A DNA stretch of 64,000 nucleotides, taken from contig OZ024766.1 of assembly GCA_964016885.1 (NCBI GenBank), forward strand, positions 17,050,001-17,114,000, read 5' to 3'. This DNA comes from Eledone cirrhosa. Taxonomy: Eukaryota. Each line of letters begins with the position of its first letter. Position 1 is the first letter of the stretch. The notes under the pieces are model-generated. The model searched no databases. It was not told where the DNA came from and saw nothing but the letters and a program-made list of their open reading frames with translations. Below, one piece after another: positions 51,101 through 63,893 of the stretch. The position numbers were made by a program, and so were the translations under genes.

Positions 51101-51967
51101 CTCCAGTGTATTACTGGTACTTTATTTTACCAACCCCGTAATAATTGTTTCTACTTTTGGGGGCACAAGGCCAGCAATTACCCCAGTGTATTACTGGTAC
51201 TTTATTTTACCAACCCCGTAATAATTGTTTCTACTTTTGGGGGGCACAAGGCCAGCAATTACCCCAGTGTATTACTGGTACTTTATTTTATTGACCCTGT
51301 AATAATTGTTTCTACTTTTGGGGGCACAAGGCCAGCAATTACCCCAGTGTATTACTGGTACTTTATTTTACCAACCCTGTAATAATTGTTTCTACTTTTG
51401 GGGGCACAAGGCCAGCAATTACTCCAGTGTATTACTGGTACTTTATTTTACCAACCCTGTAATAATTGTTTCTACTTTTGGGGGCACAAGGCCAGCAATT
51501 ACTCCAGTGTATTACTGGTACTTTATTTTACCAACCCCGTAATAATTGTTTCTACTTTTGGGGGCACAAGGCCAGCAATTACCCCAGTGTATTACTGGTA
51601 CTTTATTTTACCAACCCCGTAATAATTGTTTCTACTTTTGGGGGCACAAGGCCAGCAATTACCCCAGTGTATTACTGCTACTTTATTTTACCAACCCTGT
51701 AATAATTGTTTCTACTTTTGGGGGCACAAGGCCAGCAATTACTCCAGTGTATTACTGGTACTTTATTTTACGAACCCTGTAATAATTGTTTCTACTTTTG
51801 GGGGCACAAGGCCAGCAATTACTCCAGTGTATTACTGGTACTTTATTTTACCAACCCCGTAATAATTGTTTCTACTTTTGGGAGCACAAGGCCAGCAATT
51901 TCCTCAGTGTATTACTGGTACTTTATTTTATCGACCCCGTAATAACTGTTTCTACTTTTGGCACAAG
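48110..51967. repeat. About 80-bp tandem array (about 48 copies) derived from the SINE C 3' end
   Basis: aataattgtttctacttttgggggcacaaggccagcaattaccccagtgtattactggtactttattttaccaaccccgt. Confidence 0.92.
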
Positions 51968-52164
51968 GCGTCACGCAGTAATACAGAGTACCCAACCTCC
52001 CATGGGTACAAGCTGAAGCATATAGACAATATGCCCCCACACCCCCCACTGTAAAGTGGTTGTGGAGGTGCCACGGCAAAAAATATATATATTTGAAGTT
52101 CTAGTTAAACTTTAATTAGTTACCTACCAAGCTATGTGTGCTTACATTCTTTACAAATTATTCA

Positions 52165-52440
52165 TTGTGATTGTGGTAGTAGCAGTTGTAGTAGCGGTGG
52201 TGGTGGTAGTAGTAGTGGTGGTGGTGGTGGTAGTTGTGGTAGTAGTAGTAGTGGCAGTAGTAGTAATTGCCATGATGGTGGTGGTGGTGGTGGTGGTGGT
52301 AGTAGTAGTGGTGGTGGTGGTAGTAGTGTCAGTAGTGGTGGTTGTAGTGACAGTAGTAATGGTAGTAGTAGTAGTAGTAGTGGTTGTAGTAGTGGTAGTA
52401 GTATTAATAGTAGTATGGTAGTGGTAGTAGTAGAAATAGC

Positions 52441-52487
<47 letters not shown>

Positions 52488-52580
52488 CAGCAGCAGTAAT
52501 AGTAGTAGCAGCAGTAATAGTAGCAGTAGTAGTAGTAGTAGTAGCAGTAGTAGTAGCAGTAGTAGTAGCAGTAGTCACAA
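52165..52580. repeat. (GTA/GTG/GCA)n trinucleotide repeat
   Basis: Direct inspection. Confidence 0.9.
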
Positions 52581-52844
52581 CATGGTAGAATGACCACAAA
52601 CTATTATAAAAAAAGAGGAACAAAAAAAAAAAAAAAAAAATCAATCGATTTGTTGTATAGATGATTTAACATGATCAATAACATTATAGCTGGTTATTGA
52701 TACAGTGTGGTGGTGTGGTGGTATGTGAGGGGGAGTGTGGTGTGATGCAGTGTTGGTGGTATGGTTTATACATACATGAGGGCTACCCCCTCGTTATCGA
52801 GTATGGCCATTGCATGATATACTATTAACCCTTTAGCATTTCCA

Positions 52845-54178
52845 TGGAGGGACATGGCTTAGTGGTTAGACCATTGGCCTTGCAATCGAAAGGTTGTGAG
52901 TTCAATTCTCAGACCGGGTGATGTGTTGTTTCCTTGAGCAAGACACTTTATTTCACATTGCTCCAGTTTACTCAGCTGTAGAAATGAGATGATAGGGACT
53001 GGGGTCCCTATCATTCCACTGTAAAGTGGTCGTGGAGGTGCCACGGCAAAAAAGCACCCAGCACTCACTGTAAAGTGGTCGTGGAGGTGCCACAGCAAAA
53101 AAGCACCCAGCACTCACTGTAAAGTGGTCGTGGAGGTGCCACAGTAAAAAAAGCACCCAGCACTCACTGTAAAGTGGTCGTGGAGGTGCCACAGTAAAAA
53201 AAGCACCCAGCACTCACTGTAGAGTGGTCGTGGAGGTGCCACGGCAAAAGAAGCACCCAGCACTCACTGTAAAGTGGTCGTGGAGGTGCCACAGCAGAAA
53301 AGCACCCAGCACTCACTGTAAAGTGGTCGTGGAGGTGCCACAGTAAAAAAAGCACCCAGCACTCACTGTAAAGTGGTCGTGGAGGTGTCACGGCATAAAA
53401 GCACCCAGCACTCACTGTAAAGTGGTCGTGGAGGTGCCACGGCAAAAAAGCACCCAGCACTCACTGTAAAGTGGTCGTGGAGGTGCCACGGCAAAAAAGC
53501 ACCCAGCACTCACTGTAAAGTGGTCGTGGAGGTGCCACAGTAAAAAAAAGCACCCAGCACTCACTGTAAAGTGGTCGTGGAGGTGCCACAACAAAAAGCA
53601 CCCACCACTCACTGTAAAGTGGTCGTGGAGGTGCCACAGTAAAAAAAGCACCCAGCACTCACTGTAAAGTGGTCGTGGAGGTGTCACGGCATAAAAGCAC
53701 CCAGCACTCACTGTAAAGTGGTCGTGGAGGTGCCACGGCAAAAAAGCACCCAGCACTCACTGTAAAGTGGTCGTGGAGGTGCCACGGCAAAAAAGCACCC
53801 AGCACTCACTGTAAAGTGGTCGTGGAGGTGCCACAGTAAAAAAAAGCACCCAGCACTCACTGTAAAGTGGTCGTGGAGGTGCCACAACAAAAAGCACCCA
53901 CCACTCACTGTAAAGTGGTCGTGGAGGTGCCACAGTAAAAAAAGCACCCACCACTCACTGTAAAGTGGTCGTGGAGGTGCCACAACAAAAAGCACCCACC
54001 ACTCACTGTAAAGTGGTCGTGGAGGTGCCACGGCAAAAGAAGCACCCAGCACTCACTGTAAATGAGGTTGGTGTTAGGAAGGGCATCCAGCTGTAGAAAT
54101 CAAGCCAGAATCAGTTCCCGTCCCACCCTTGCAAGCAGGGAAAAGTGGACGTAAAAATGAAATGAAAATGAAATGAAA
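52845..54178 (+). mobile_element. SINE family A with about 20 tandem 49-bp units
   Basis: Head, array and tail are all present. Confidence 0.87.
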
Positions 54179-54447
54179 TGATTATATATCATCATCATCA
54201 CTCGTCGACTACTGTCGAGATGATGGATCTCACTCTCGTGCCCCAGAATCCCCTGTCCCCCATCGCTGCCCCCAGGTCCTGTCTGCTGATTCCCGTATCC
54301 CTAGAGATAACGTCAGGGAATGACAGCTTCCTATTGTTTCCTCCCTTTGCATTGTATTTTCTACGCCATCTTCGTTTAGTCTGTTTATATAAACAGACTA
54401 AACAAAGATGGCGTAGAAAATACAATGTAACGGGAGGAAACAATAGC

Positions 54448-54488
54448 ACCACTGACGATGTTGCAAATGTGCAACGAAAGAACTTGGA
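54448..54488 (+). ncRNA. Degenerate hammerhead motif
   Basis: ACCA-CTGACGA-T-GTTGCA AATG TGCAAC-GAAA-GAACTTGG; same family as 41966, cleavage junction apparently 1 nt short. Confidence 0.55.
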
Positions 54489-54522
54489 TAAACTATATAT
54501 ATGTGTTTGTGTCTATATTGTA

Positions 54523-55497
54523 TCATCATCATCATCATTTTACGTCCACTTTTCCCTGCTTGCAAGGGTGGGACGGGAACTGATTCTGGCTTGATTTCTA
54601 CAGCTGGATGCCCTTCCTAACACCAACCTCATTTACAGTGAGTGCTGGGTGCTTTTTTGCCGTGGCACCTCCACGACCACTTTACAGTGAGTGCTGGGTG
54701 CTTTTTTGCCGTGGCACCTCCACGACCACTTTACAGTGAGTGCTGGGTGCTTTTTTGCCGTGGCACCTCCACGACCACTTTACAGTGAGTGCTGGGTGCT
54801 TTTTTGCTGTGGCACCTCCACGACCACTTTACAGTGAGTGCTGGGTGCTTTTTTGCTGTGGCACCTCCACGACCACTTTACAGTGAGTGCTGGGTGCTTT
54901 TTTGCTGTGGCACCTCCACGACCACTTTACAGTGAGTGCTGGGTGCTTTTTTGCCGTGGCACCTCCACGACCACTTTACAGTGAGTGCTGGGTGCTTTTT
55001 TGCTGTGGCACCTCCACGACCACTTTACAGTGAGTGCTGGGGGCTTTTTTGCCGTGGCACCTCCACGACCACTTTACAGTGAGTGCTGGGTGCTTTTTTG
55101 CTGTGGCACCTCCACGACCACTTTACAGTGAGTGCTGGGTGCTTTTTTGCTGTGGCACCTCCACGACCACTTTACAGTGTGGGCTGGGTGCTTTTTTGCC
55201 GTGGCACCTCCACGACCACTTTACAGTGAGTGCTGGGTGCTTTTCTGCTGTGGCACCTCCACGACCACTTTACAGTGTGGGCTGGGTGCTTTTTTGCCGT
55301 GGCACCTCCACGACCACTTTACAGTGGAATGATAGGGACCCCAGTCCCTATCATCTCATTTCTACAGCTGAGTAAACTGGAGCAATGTGAAATAAAGTGT
55401 CTTGCTCAAGGAAACAACACATCACCCGGTCTGAGAACTGAACTCACAACCTTTCGATTGCAAGGCCAATGCTCTAACCACTAAGCCATGTGCCTCC
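54523..55497 (-). mobile_element. SINE family A with about 14 tandem 49-bp units
   Basis: Inverted relative to 52845-54178. Confidence 0.87.
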
Positions 55498-56255
55498 ATT
55501 GTATCTGTATTATTTTTGACCGTTGGTCAGTCAATGGCAACATTGAGGACCGAATAAATTAGATTACCGATATAAAAGACCCAGAAGCGAGAAGCGAAAA
55601 CCAACCAAACATTGAGTGTGTTCTGTTATTAATTCTGGCAATATTACACAAATATGACCCTCCCCAAGTATAACAATATATATATATATATGCATAAGCA
55701 TGTATCTCCTCTAAAATGTGACTATCCCACTTCTATAGAGACAAAGAACTTATTTGACATACATATTTAGATCTCTCAGGTTTGTACTACATTTAAAGTA
55801 CAACTACATACACACACATACACATATATATATATACACATACAGATATATATCTATATATATATATATATACACACACATATATATACACATACACACA
55901 CATATATATATACACATACATATATATTTAGATCTCTCACATTTGTACTACATTTAAAGTACAACTACATACACACACATACACATATATATATATACAC
56001 ACATGATGATGAGACACAGATATATATATATATATACACATACACACATATATGTACACACACATATATACACACATATATATATATATACACGCATACA
56101 CATATATATATACACATACAGACATATATATATACATACACATACATATATATATACACACACATACATATATATATATATACACACACATACATATATA
56201 TATACACACACATACATATATATATACACACACATACATATATATACACACATAC

Positions 56256-56292
<37 letters not shown>

Positions 56293-56466
56293 CACACACA
56301 TACACATATATATACACACATACACATATATATACACACACACATATATACACACACACATATATACACACACACATATATATACACACACACATATATA
56401 TATACACACATACATATATATACACACATACACATATATACACACATACACATACACATATATACA

Positions 56467-57262
56467 AAGTGGTCATGGAGGTGCCACGGCAAAAAAGCAC
56501 CCAGCACTCACTGTAAAGTGGTCGTGGAGGTGCCACGGCAAAAAAGCACCCAGCACTCACCGTAAAGTGGTCGTGGAGGTGCCACGGGAAAAAAGCACCC
56601 AGCACTCACTGTAAAGTGGTCGTGGAGGTGCCACGGCAAAAAAGCACCCAGCACTCACTGTAAAGTGGTCGTGGAGGTGCCACGGCAAAAAAGCACCCAG
56701 CACTCACTGTAAAGTGGTCGTGGAGGTGCCACGGCAAAAAGCACCCAGCCCACACTGTAAAGTGGTCGTGGAGGTGCCACGGGAAAAAAAGCACCCAGCA
56801 CTCACTGTAGAGTGGTCGTGGAGGTGCCACGGCAAAAAAGCACCCAGCACTCACTGTAAAGTGGTCGTGGAGGTGCCAGGGCAAAAAAGCACGCAGCACT
56901 CACTGTAAAGTGGTCGTGGAGGTGCCACGGGAAAAAAGCACCCAGCACTCACTGTAGAGTGGTCGTGGAGGTGCCACGGCAAAAAAGCACCCAGCACTCA
57001 CTGTAAAGTGGTCGTGGAGGTGCCACGGCAAAAAAAGCACCCAGCACTCACTGTAAAGTGGTCGTGGAGGTGCCACGGCAAAAAAGCACCCAGCACTCAC
57101 TGTAAATGAGGTTGGTGTTAGGAAGGGCATCCAGCTGTAGAAATCAAGCCAGAATCAGTTCCCGTATGAGCAAGAGAAGGTCAGCCAACCGGCTACTGCC
57201 CACAACAGGACAACCCGTCTAACCCATGCTAGCGTGGAAGAATGGACGTAAAACGGTGATGA
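56467..57262 (+). mobile_element. Headless SINE A-related copy with 49-bp array
   Basis: Array plus tail. Confidence 0.8.
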
Positions 57263-57266
57263 TATA

Positions 57267-58161
57267 CTGGGTGTGGATGATATTTGTTCGCAATTTTCAA
57301 CTGCTAATTTTATGCAAATGCTTTTTACTTCCGTTGTCACTCTTGTCTTCATAAAAACAGTGACTATATTTCCATTATTTATCTTCAGAATAATTGATTA
57401 TGAATAATTTTGAACCCCCAAATTTGTGGAAGAGACACGGAGTTCTTCTTGGAATCTGCGCCGGGAGGACAAATAAGACCAGAAGATCAACTCCCAGAAC
57501 AACAGGTGGCTCGCTGTCTCATCCAATGACGTGCCCAGAGTCATGCAGACAAAGTTTCCAACGACAACATTGGTCTTAGGTGTCGTCAGCAGTCAAGGTG
57601 ACGTCATGCCACCTCACTTCTTCCCCGAGGGCCTCAAGCTGAACACCGATGGCTACATCCGCGTTCTGAGCGAGGTAGTAAATAAAGCCCTGGATCGACC
57701 AGGTAGCTGCAGGAAGGCCGTACATGTGGCAGCAAGACTCAGCGCCCTGCCATACCAGCCGAAAGACCCAAGCCTGGCTGTCAGAGAACTTCGTCGAACA
57801 CACTTCACCTGACATCTGGCCTCCCAGCTAGCCTGACTGCAATCCTCTCGACTTCTTTGTGTGGGGCGCAGCGGAACGAGACACCAACAGATCTAGCTGC
57901 AATACGAAAGACGATCTGAAGGCCAGGATCACAAGTGCCTTTAGGGGCCTAAGTCGGGGGACAGTGACGAAGGCCTGTAGCCGGTTCCGAGGCCGCCTTG
58001 AGGCCGTCATCAAAGCCAATGGCGGGTTTATCGAGTGAGATCGAAAGAAGAAGTCATGAAGACAAACTGACCCAAGTTTGATAAATATATCTTAAAAAAT
58101 AAAACTACTGTCCTACTTTTTCCTAGACAGTTATCTTGCCACAAATATCTTCCACACCCTG
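57267..58161 (+). mobile_element. Internally deleted Tc1/mariner transposon, DD37D (maT) family
   Basis: TA target sites; TIRs C(T/A)GGGTGTGGA(T/A)GATATTTG; remnants WQQDSAPCH...WPPS*PDCNPLDFFVWG with 37 residues between the last two Asp. Confidence 0.88.
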
Positions 58162-58329
58162 TATATACACACATAGCAGGGGGTGGTACAAACGTCACAC
58201 ATAGCAGGGGGTGGTACAAACGTCACACACCATCCTAATCATCATTTTATGAATATTTTATACAAAAATAACAGATATGGAAAGATAGTAGCTTCTTTTA
58301 CTGATGCATGACTTTTGAACATCACAATG

Positions 58330-59540
58330 TGTTGTGTGTGGACGTGTGTGTGTTGTGTGTAAGGACGTGTGTGTGTTGTGTGTAAGGACGTGTGTGTGTT
58401 GTGTGTAAGGACGTGTGTGTGTTGTGTGTAAGGACATGTGTGTGTTGTGTGTAAGGACGTGTGCGTGTTGTGTGTAAGGACGCGTGTGTGTTGTGTGTAA
58501 GGACGTGTGTGTGTTGTGTGTAAGGACGTGTGTGTGTTGTGTAAGGATGTGTGTGTGTGTGTAAGGATGTGTGTGTGTGTAAGGACGTGTGTGTGTAAGG
58601 ACGTGTGTGTAAGGACGTGTGTGTAAGGACGTGTGTGTGTGTAAGGGCGTGTGGGTGTGTAAGGACGTGTGTGTGTGTAAGGACGCGTGTGTAAGGACGT
58701 GTGTGTGTGTGTAAAGACGTGTGTGTGTGTAAGGACGTGTGTGTATAAGGACGTGTGTGTGTGTAAGGATGTGTGTGTGTAAGGACGTGTATGTAAGGAC
58801 GTGTGTGTGTAAGGGCGTGTGGGTGTGTAAGGACGTGTGTGTGTGTAAGGACGCGTGTGTAAGGACGTGTGTGTGTGTAAGGACGTGTGTGTGTGTAAGG
58901 ACGTGTGTGTGTAAGGACGTGTGTGTAAGGACGTGTGTGTGTGTAAGGGCGTGTGGGTGTGTAAGGACGTGTGTGTGTGTAAGGACGCGTGTGTAAGGAC
59001 GTGTGTGTGTGTGTAAAGACGTGTGTGTGTGTAAGGACGTGTGTGTGTGTAAGGACGTGTGTGTGTAAGGACGTGTGTGTAAGGACGTGTGTGTGTGTAA
59101 GGGCGTGTGGGTGTGTAAGGACGTGTGTGTGTGTAAGGACGCGTGTGTAAGGACGTGTGTGTGTGTGTAAGGACGTGTGTGTGTGTGTAAGGACGTGTGT
59201 GGTTAAGGACGTGTGTGTGTGTAAGGAGGTGTGTGTAAGGACGTGTGTGTGTGTAAGGACGTGTGTGTGTGTAAGAACGTGGGTGTGTGTAAGGACGTGT
59301 GTGTGTGTGTAAGGACGTGTGTGTGTGTGTGTAAGGACGTGTGTGTAAGGATGTGTGTGTGTGTGTAAGGACGTGTGTAAAGACGTGTGTGTGTGTAAGG
59401 ACGTGTGTGTGTGTGTAAGGACGTGTGTGTGTGTAAGGACGTGTGTGTGTGTGTGTAAGGACGTGTGTATGTGTAAGGACGTGTGTGTGTGTAAGGACGT
59501 GTGTATGTGTAAGGACGTGTGTGTAAGGACGTGTGTGTAT
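58330..59540. repeat. (GT)n-AAGGAC compound microsatellite
   Basis: Direct inspection. Confidence 0.92.
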
Positions 59541-60171
59541 ATATATATATAGAGAGAGAGAGAGCTATATGTGTGTTTATAATAGGCAAATAGTTTACAT
59601 ATATATATATAACTGTTTCTACTTTAGGCACAAGGCCAGCAATTATCCCAGTGTATTACTGGTACTTTATTTTATCAACCCTGTAAGAATGAAAGGCAAA
59701 GTTAACCTCGGCTGGATTTGAACTCAGCCCGTAAAGGGACGTAACTCTATGCTGCAAAGCACACACATTATATATATAGTTATATATATACACACAAGGT
59801 ATTTATACACACACATATATAAAATGGGTGTGTGTGTGTGTATATAAAACTGATGTAAGCGAACATTAGTTAATACGACCTGAATATATCACTGGTATTT
59901 CATTTTTCATCAAACCCCCAGAAAGATGAAAGATATAAGACACAGACACCACACCCTTCCGGTATGGAAAGTGGACTCGCCCAAATAAATCGTTCGAATT
60001 TTTGATACAAGGTCAGTGTAGTGTTGTGGGAGGGGAGTAAAGATGACTATGTCAACCCTAATATATCACTGGTATACAGAGCTGCTGACCTCTTAGAGCC
60101 CAAACGGGGAGTTCCATGGAACAAAAAGTGCCTGAAAACGGGGAGAAATGAGATAAAATGGGGAGATTTTA

Positions 60172-61040
60172 AATAATTGTTTCTACTTTTGGGGGCACAA
60201 GGCCAGCAATTACCCCAGTGTATTACTGGTACTTTATTTTATCAACCCTGTAATAATTGTTTCTACTGTAGGCACAAGGCCAGCAATTACCCCCAGTGTA
60301 TTACTGGTACTTTGTTTTACCAACCCTGTAATAACTGTTTCTACTTTTGGGGGCACAAGGCCAGCAATTACCCCAGTGTATTACTGGTACTTTATTTTAT
60401 CAACCCTGTAATAATTGTTTCTACTGTAGGCACAAGGCCAGCAATTACCCCCAGTGTATTACTGGTACTTTGTTTTACCAACCCTGTAATAACTGTTTCT
60501 ACTTTTGGGGGCACAAGGCCAGCAATTACCCCAGTGTATTACTGGTACTTTGTTTTACCAACCCCGTAATAACTGTTTCTACTTTTGGGGGCACAAGGCC
60601 AGCAATTACCCCAGTGTATTACTGGTACTTTATTTTATCAACCCTGTAATAATTGTTTCTACTGTAGGCACAAGGCCAGCAATTACCCCCCAGTGTATTA
60701 CTGGTACTTTGTTTTACCAACCCTGTAATAACTGTTTCTACTTTTGGGGGCACAAGGCCAGCAATTACCCCAGTGTATTACTGGTATTTTATTTTACCGA
60801 CCCTGTAGTAATTGTTTCTACTGTAGGCACAAGGCCAGCAATTACCCCAGTGTATTACTGGTACTTTGTTTTACCAACCCTGTAATAACTGTTTCTACTT
60901 TTGGGGGCACAAGGCCAGCAATTACCCCAGTGTATTACTGGTATTTTAATTTACCGACCCCTGTAAGGATGAAAGGCAAGGCTAAACTCGGCGGGATTTG
61001 AACTCACATCGTAAAAGGCCGTAACTCTATGCTGCAAAAA
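60172..61040 (-). mobile_element. SINE family C with about 10 tandem 80-bp tail units
   Basis: Head at about 60960-61040; array at 60172-60960. Confidence 0.82.
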
Positions 61041-61364
61041 CATTCTGCCTTTTACATAATGAAAGCTATACCCATTTTCACAGGAGAAGACATTTGTCAC
61101 CCACCCAGCACCCAGGAGCGGGTGGGAGATCTACCCCGTCGGACGGGGGGGGGGGGCAGAGTTGACAGATCTGTGTAACTATTTTAGGGACCCCAGAAGG
61201 AAGAAAGGCAGAGCCGACCTGGGTGGAGTTTGAACTCAGAAACCTTAAAAATCAGCAAAGATTAACTTAGTTATGTAAATAAAAATATAATTTTGTGTCT
61301 TTTATACCCCAGTATGGCCGTGTCTTTTATACCCCAGTATGGCCGCAGGCGGATAGCTGTAACA

Positions 61365-61395
<31 letters not shown>

Positions 61396-62027
61396 AGGAA
61401 CGAGTAGGACCCCGACGGCTGAGCTCAAGCCGTTTCGACGGCTAATTAGTCCAGAATTAGCCGTCGAAACGGCTTGAGCTCAGCCGTCGGGGTCCTACTC
61501 GTTCCTATTACCCACTCTACTACCCTAAGTATTGAGTACTTTGGTGCGTTATGGTCCACCTGGTTCCTTACCACATTTCCTTCGTTATATATATATATCA
61601 TCATCATCATCACCGTTTTACGTCCGTTCTTCCACGCTAGCATGGGTTAGACGGGTTGTCCTGTTGTGGGCAGTGTCTGGTCGGCTGACCATGCCTTGCT
61701 CATACAGGAACTGATCTGGCTTGATTTCTACAGCTGGATGCCCTTCCTAACACCAACCTCATTTACAGTGTGGGCTGGGTGCTTTTTCGTGGCGCCTACA
61801 CGTCCACTTTACAGTGTGGGCTGGGTGCTTTTTTGCCGTGGCACCTCCACGACCACCTTGCGGTGAGGGGTGTGGGGGCATATTGTTTATATGCTTCAGC
61901 ATGTACCCATGGGAGGTCAGGTACTCTGTATTACTGCGTGACGCCAGAAGTCACGGTCGTGTGTCATTGTCTTATATATATATATATATAATATAAGATC
62001 AAAAGATGGTTAAAGGAGTTCCATGTA

Positions 62028-62094
62028 TTTTATTATGCGCATTTCAAAAACAAACGTCATCATGCAATAATATTTGTGTTTTCATCAGATAAAA
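62028..62094 (-). ncRNA. Type-I hammerhead ribozyme motif
   Basis: TTTTAT-CTGATGA-(about 16-bp imperfect stem II)-GAAA-TGCGCA-TA|ATAAAA. Confidence 0.78.
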
Positions 62095-62204
62095 CAGGAG
62101 AACATGATATGAAGGTTAAAAAACACTTGTGGATAGTGCAAATATGTTGATTTAAAACTGCACTATCCACAAGTGTTTTTTAGCCTTCATATCATGTTCT
62201 CCTG

Positions 62205-62271
62205 TTTTATCTGATGAAAACACATATATTATTGCATGATGATGTTTGTTTTTGAAATGCGCATAATAAAA
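62205..62271 (+). ncRNA. Type-I hammerhead ribozyme motif (inverted twin)
   Basis: TTTTAT-CTGATGA-AAACACATATATTATTGCATGATGATGTTTGTTTTT-GAAA-TGCGCA-TA|ATAAAA. Confidence 0.75.
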
Positions 62272-62402
62272 TACATGGAACTCCTTTAACCATCTTTTGA
62301 TCTTATATATTATATATACTCCAGTCCCACAAACTGTAGAGTGCTTCTTATCCGATATCTGCATTGCTTTATTGTACTACAATAAAACTCACCTCCTACA
62401 TT

Positions 62403-62442
<40 letters not shown>

Positions 62443-63103
62443 CGAAGGAAAACATGTCTTTATATAAAAATAACAGGTCCATTCATGTTGACATATCTTA
62501 TATATATATATATATTCGTCTTCAAATATATTATTATTACTATTAGGTGTCACGGCAAAAAACACACAGTCCACGCTGTAAATGTGGCCGTGTAGGCAAC
62601 ACGGTAAAAACCTCCCAGCCCCACACTGTAAATGTGGTTGGTGTTAGGAAGGGCATCCAGCTGTAGAAAACCCGCCAGACAGTCCACGCTGTAATGTGGC
62701 CGTGTAGGCAACACGGTAAAAACCTCCCAGCCCCACACTGTAAATGTGGTTGGTGTTAGGAAGGGCATCCAGCTGTAGAAAACCCGCCAGACAGTCCACG
62801 CTGTAATGTGGCTGTGTAGGCAACATGGTAAAAACCTCCCAGCCCCACACTGTAAATGTGGTTGGTGTTAGGAAGGGCATCCAACTGTAGAAAACCCGCC
62901 AGACAGTCCTATGCGAGCAAGACAACCACTCTTGCCTCAAGTGGGAAAACTCCCGTCCAAACCCATGCAAGCGTGGAACACGGACGTTAAACCTGATGAT
63001 GATGATGATAACGAAGGAAAACATGTCTTTATATAAAAATAACAGGTCCATTCATGTTGACATATATATATATATATATATTCGTCTTCAAATATAGTAT
63101 TAT

Positions 63104-63181
<78 letters not shown>

Positions 63182-63282
63182 ATGTGTAACAGTAATATAC
63201 GTATATATATATATATAGTAATATATATATAGTAATATACATATATATATATATATGGATGGATGTGTAACAGTAATATACG

Positions 63283-63893
63283 TGAACGACAAAGCATAAA
63301 TGAATTGAGAGAGAGACTGAGCATAAGAGGAATCAAATGCTGCGTGCAAGAGAGGCGGTTACGCTGGTATGGACATGTGATGCGTATGAAGGATGACAGC
63401 TGCATAAAAAGGTGCAGAGCACTAGAAGTTGATGGAAACCGCGGAGTGGGGAGACCCAAGATGACTTGGGATGAGGTGATAAAAGCCGACCTTACCCAAC
63501 TACACCTCTCAAAGTCAGTGACACACGACCGTGACTTCTGGCGTCACGCAGTAGTACAGGGTACCCGACCTCCCATGGGTACATGCTGAAGCATATAAAC
63601 AATATGCCCCCCCCCCCCCCACCGCAAGGTGGTCGTGGAGGTGCCACGGCAAAAAAGCACCCAGCCCACACTGTAAAGTGGACGTGTAGGCGCCACGAAA
63701 AAGCACCCAGCACTCACTGTAAATGAGGTTGGTGTTAGGAAGGGCATCCAGCTGTAGAAATCAAGCCAGATCAGTTCCTGTATGAGCATGGCATGGTCAG
63801 CCGACCAGACACTGCCCACAACAGGACAACCCGTCTAACCCATGCTAGCGTGGAAGAGCGGACGTAAAACGGTGATGATGATGATGATGATGA
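63283..63893 (+). mobile_element. RTE LINE 3' fragment joined to a SINE A-type tail
   Basis: [29 protein letters not shown]...GRPKMTWDEVI; inverted partial copy at about 61598-61970. Confidence 0.85.

Noticed and set aside
62386-62405. Candidate first exon ATG...GAG|gtgagt
   Set aside because: The ATG is followed immediately by TAG, and the upstream sequence is a TA tract.
62440-62545. Possible decayed hammerhead (TTGAAGACGAAT...) repeated at 63010 and 63905
   Set aside because: The core is mutated and GAAA is absent; too degenerate to call.
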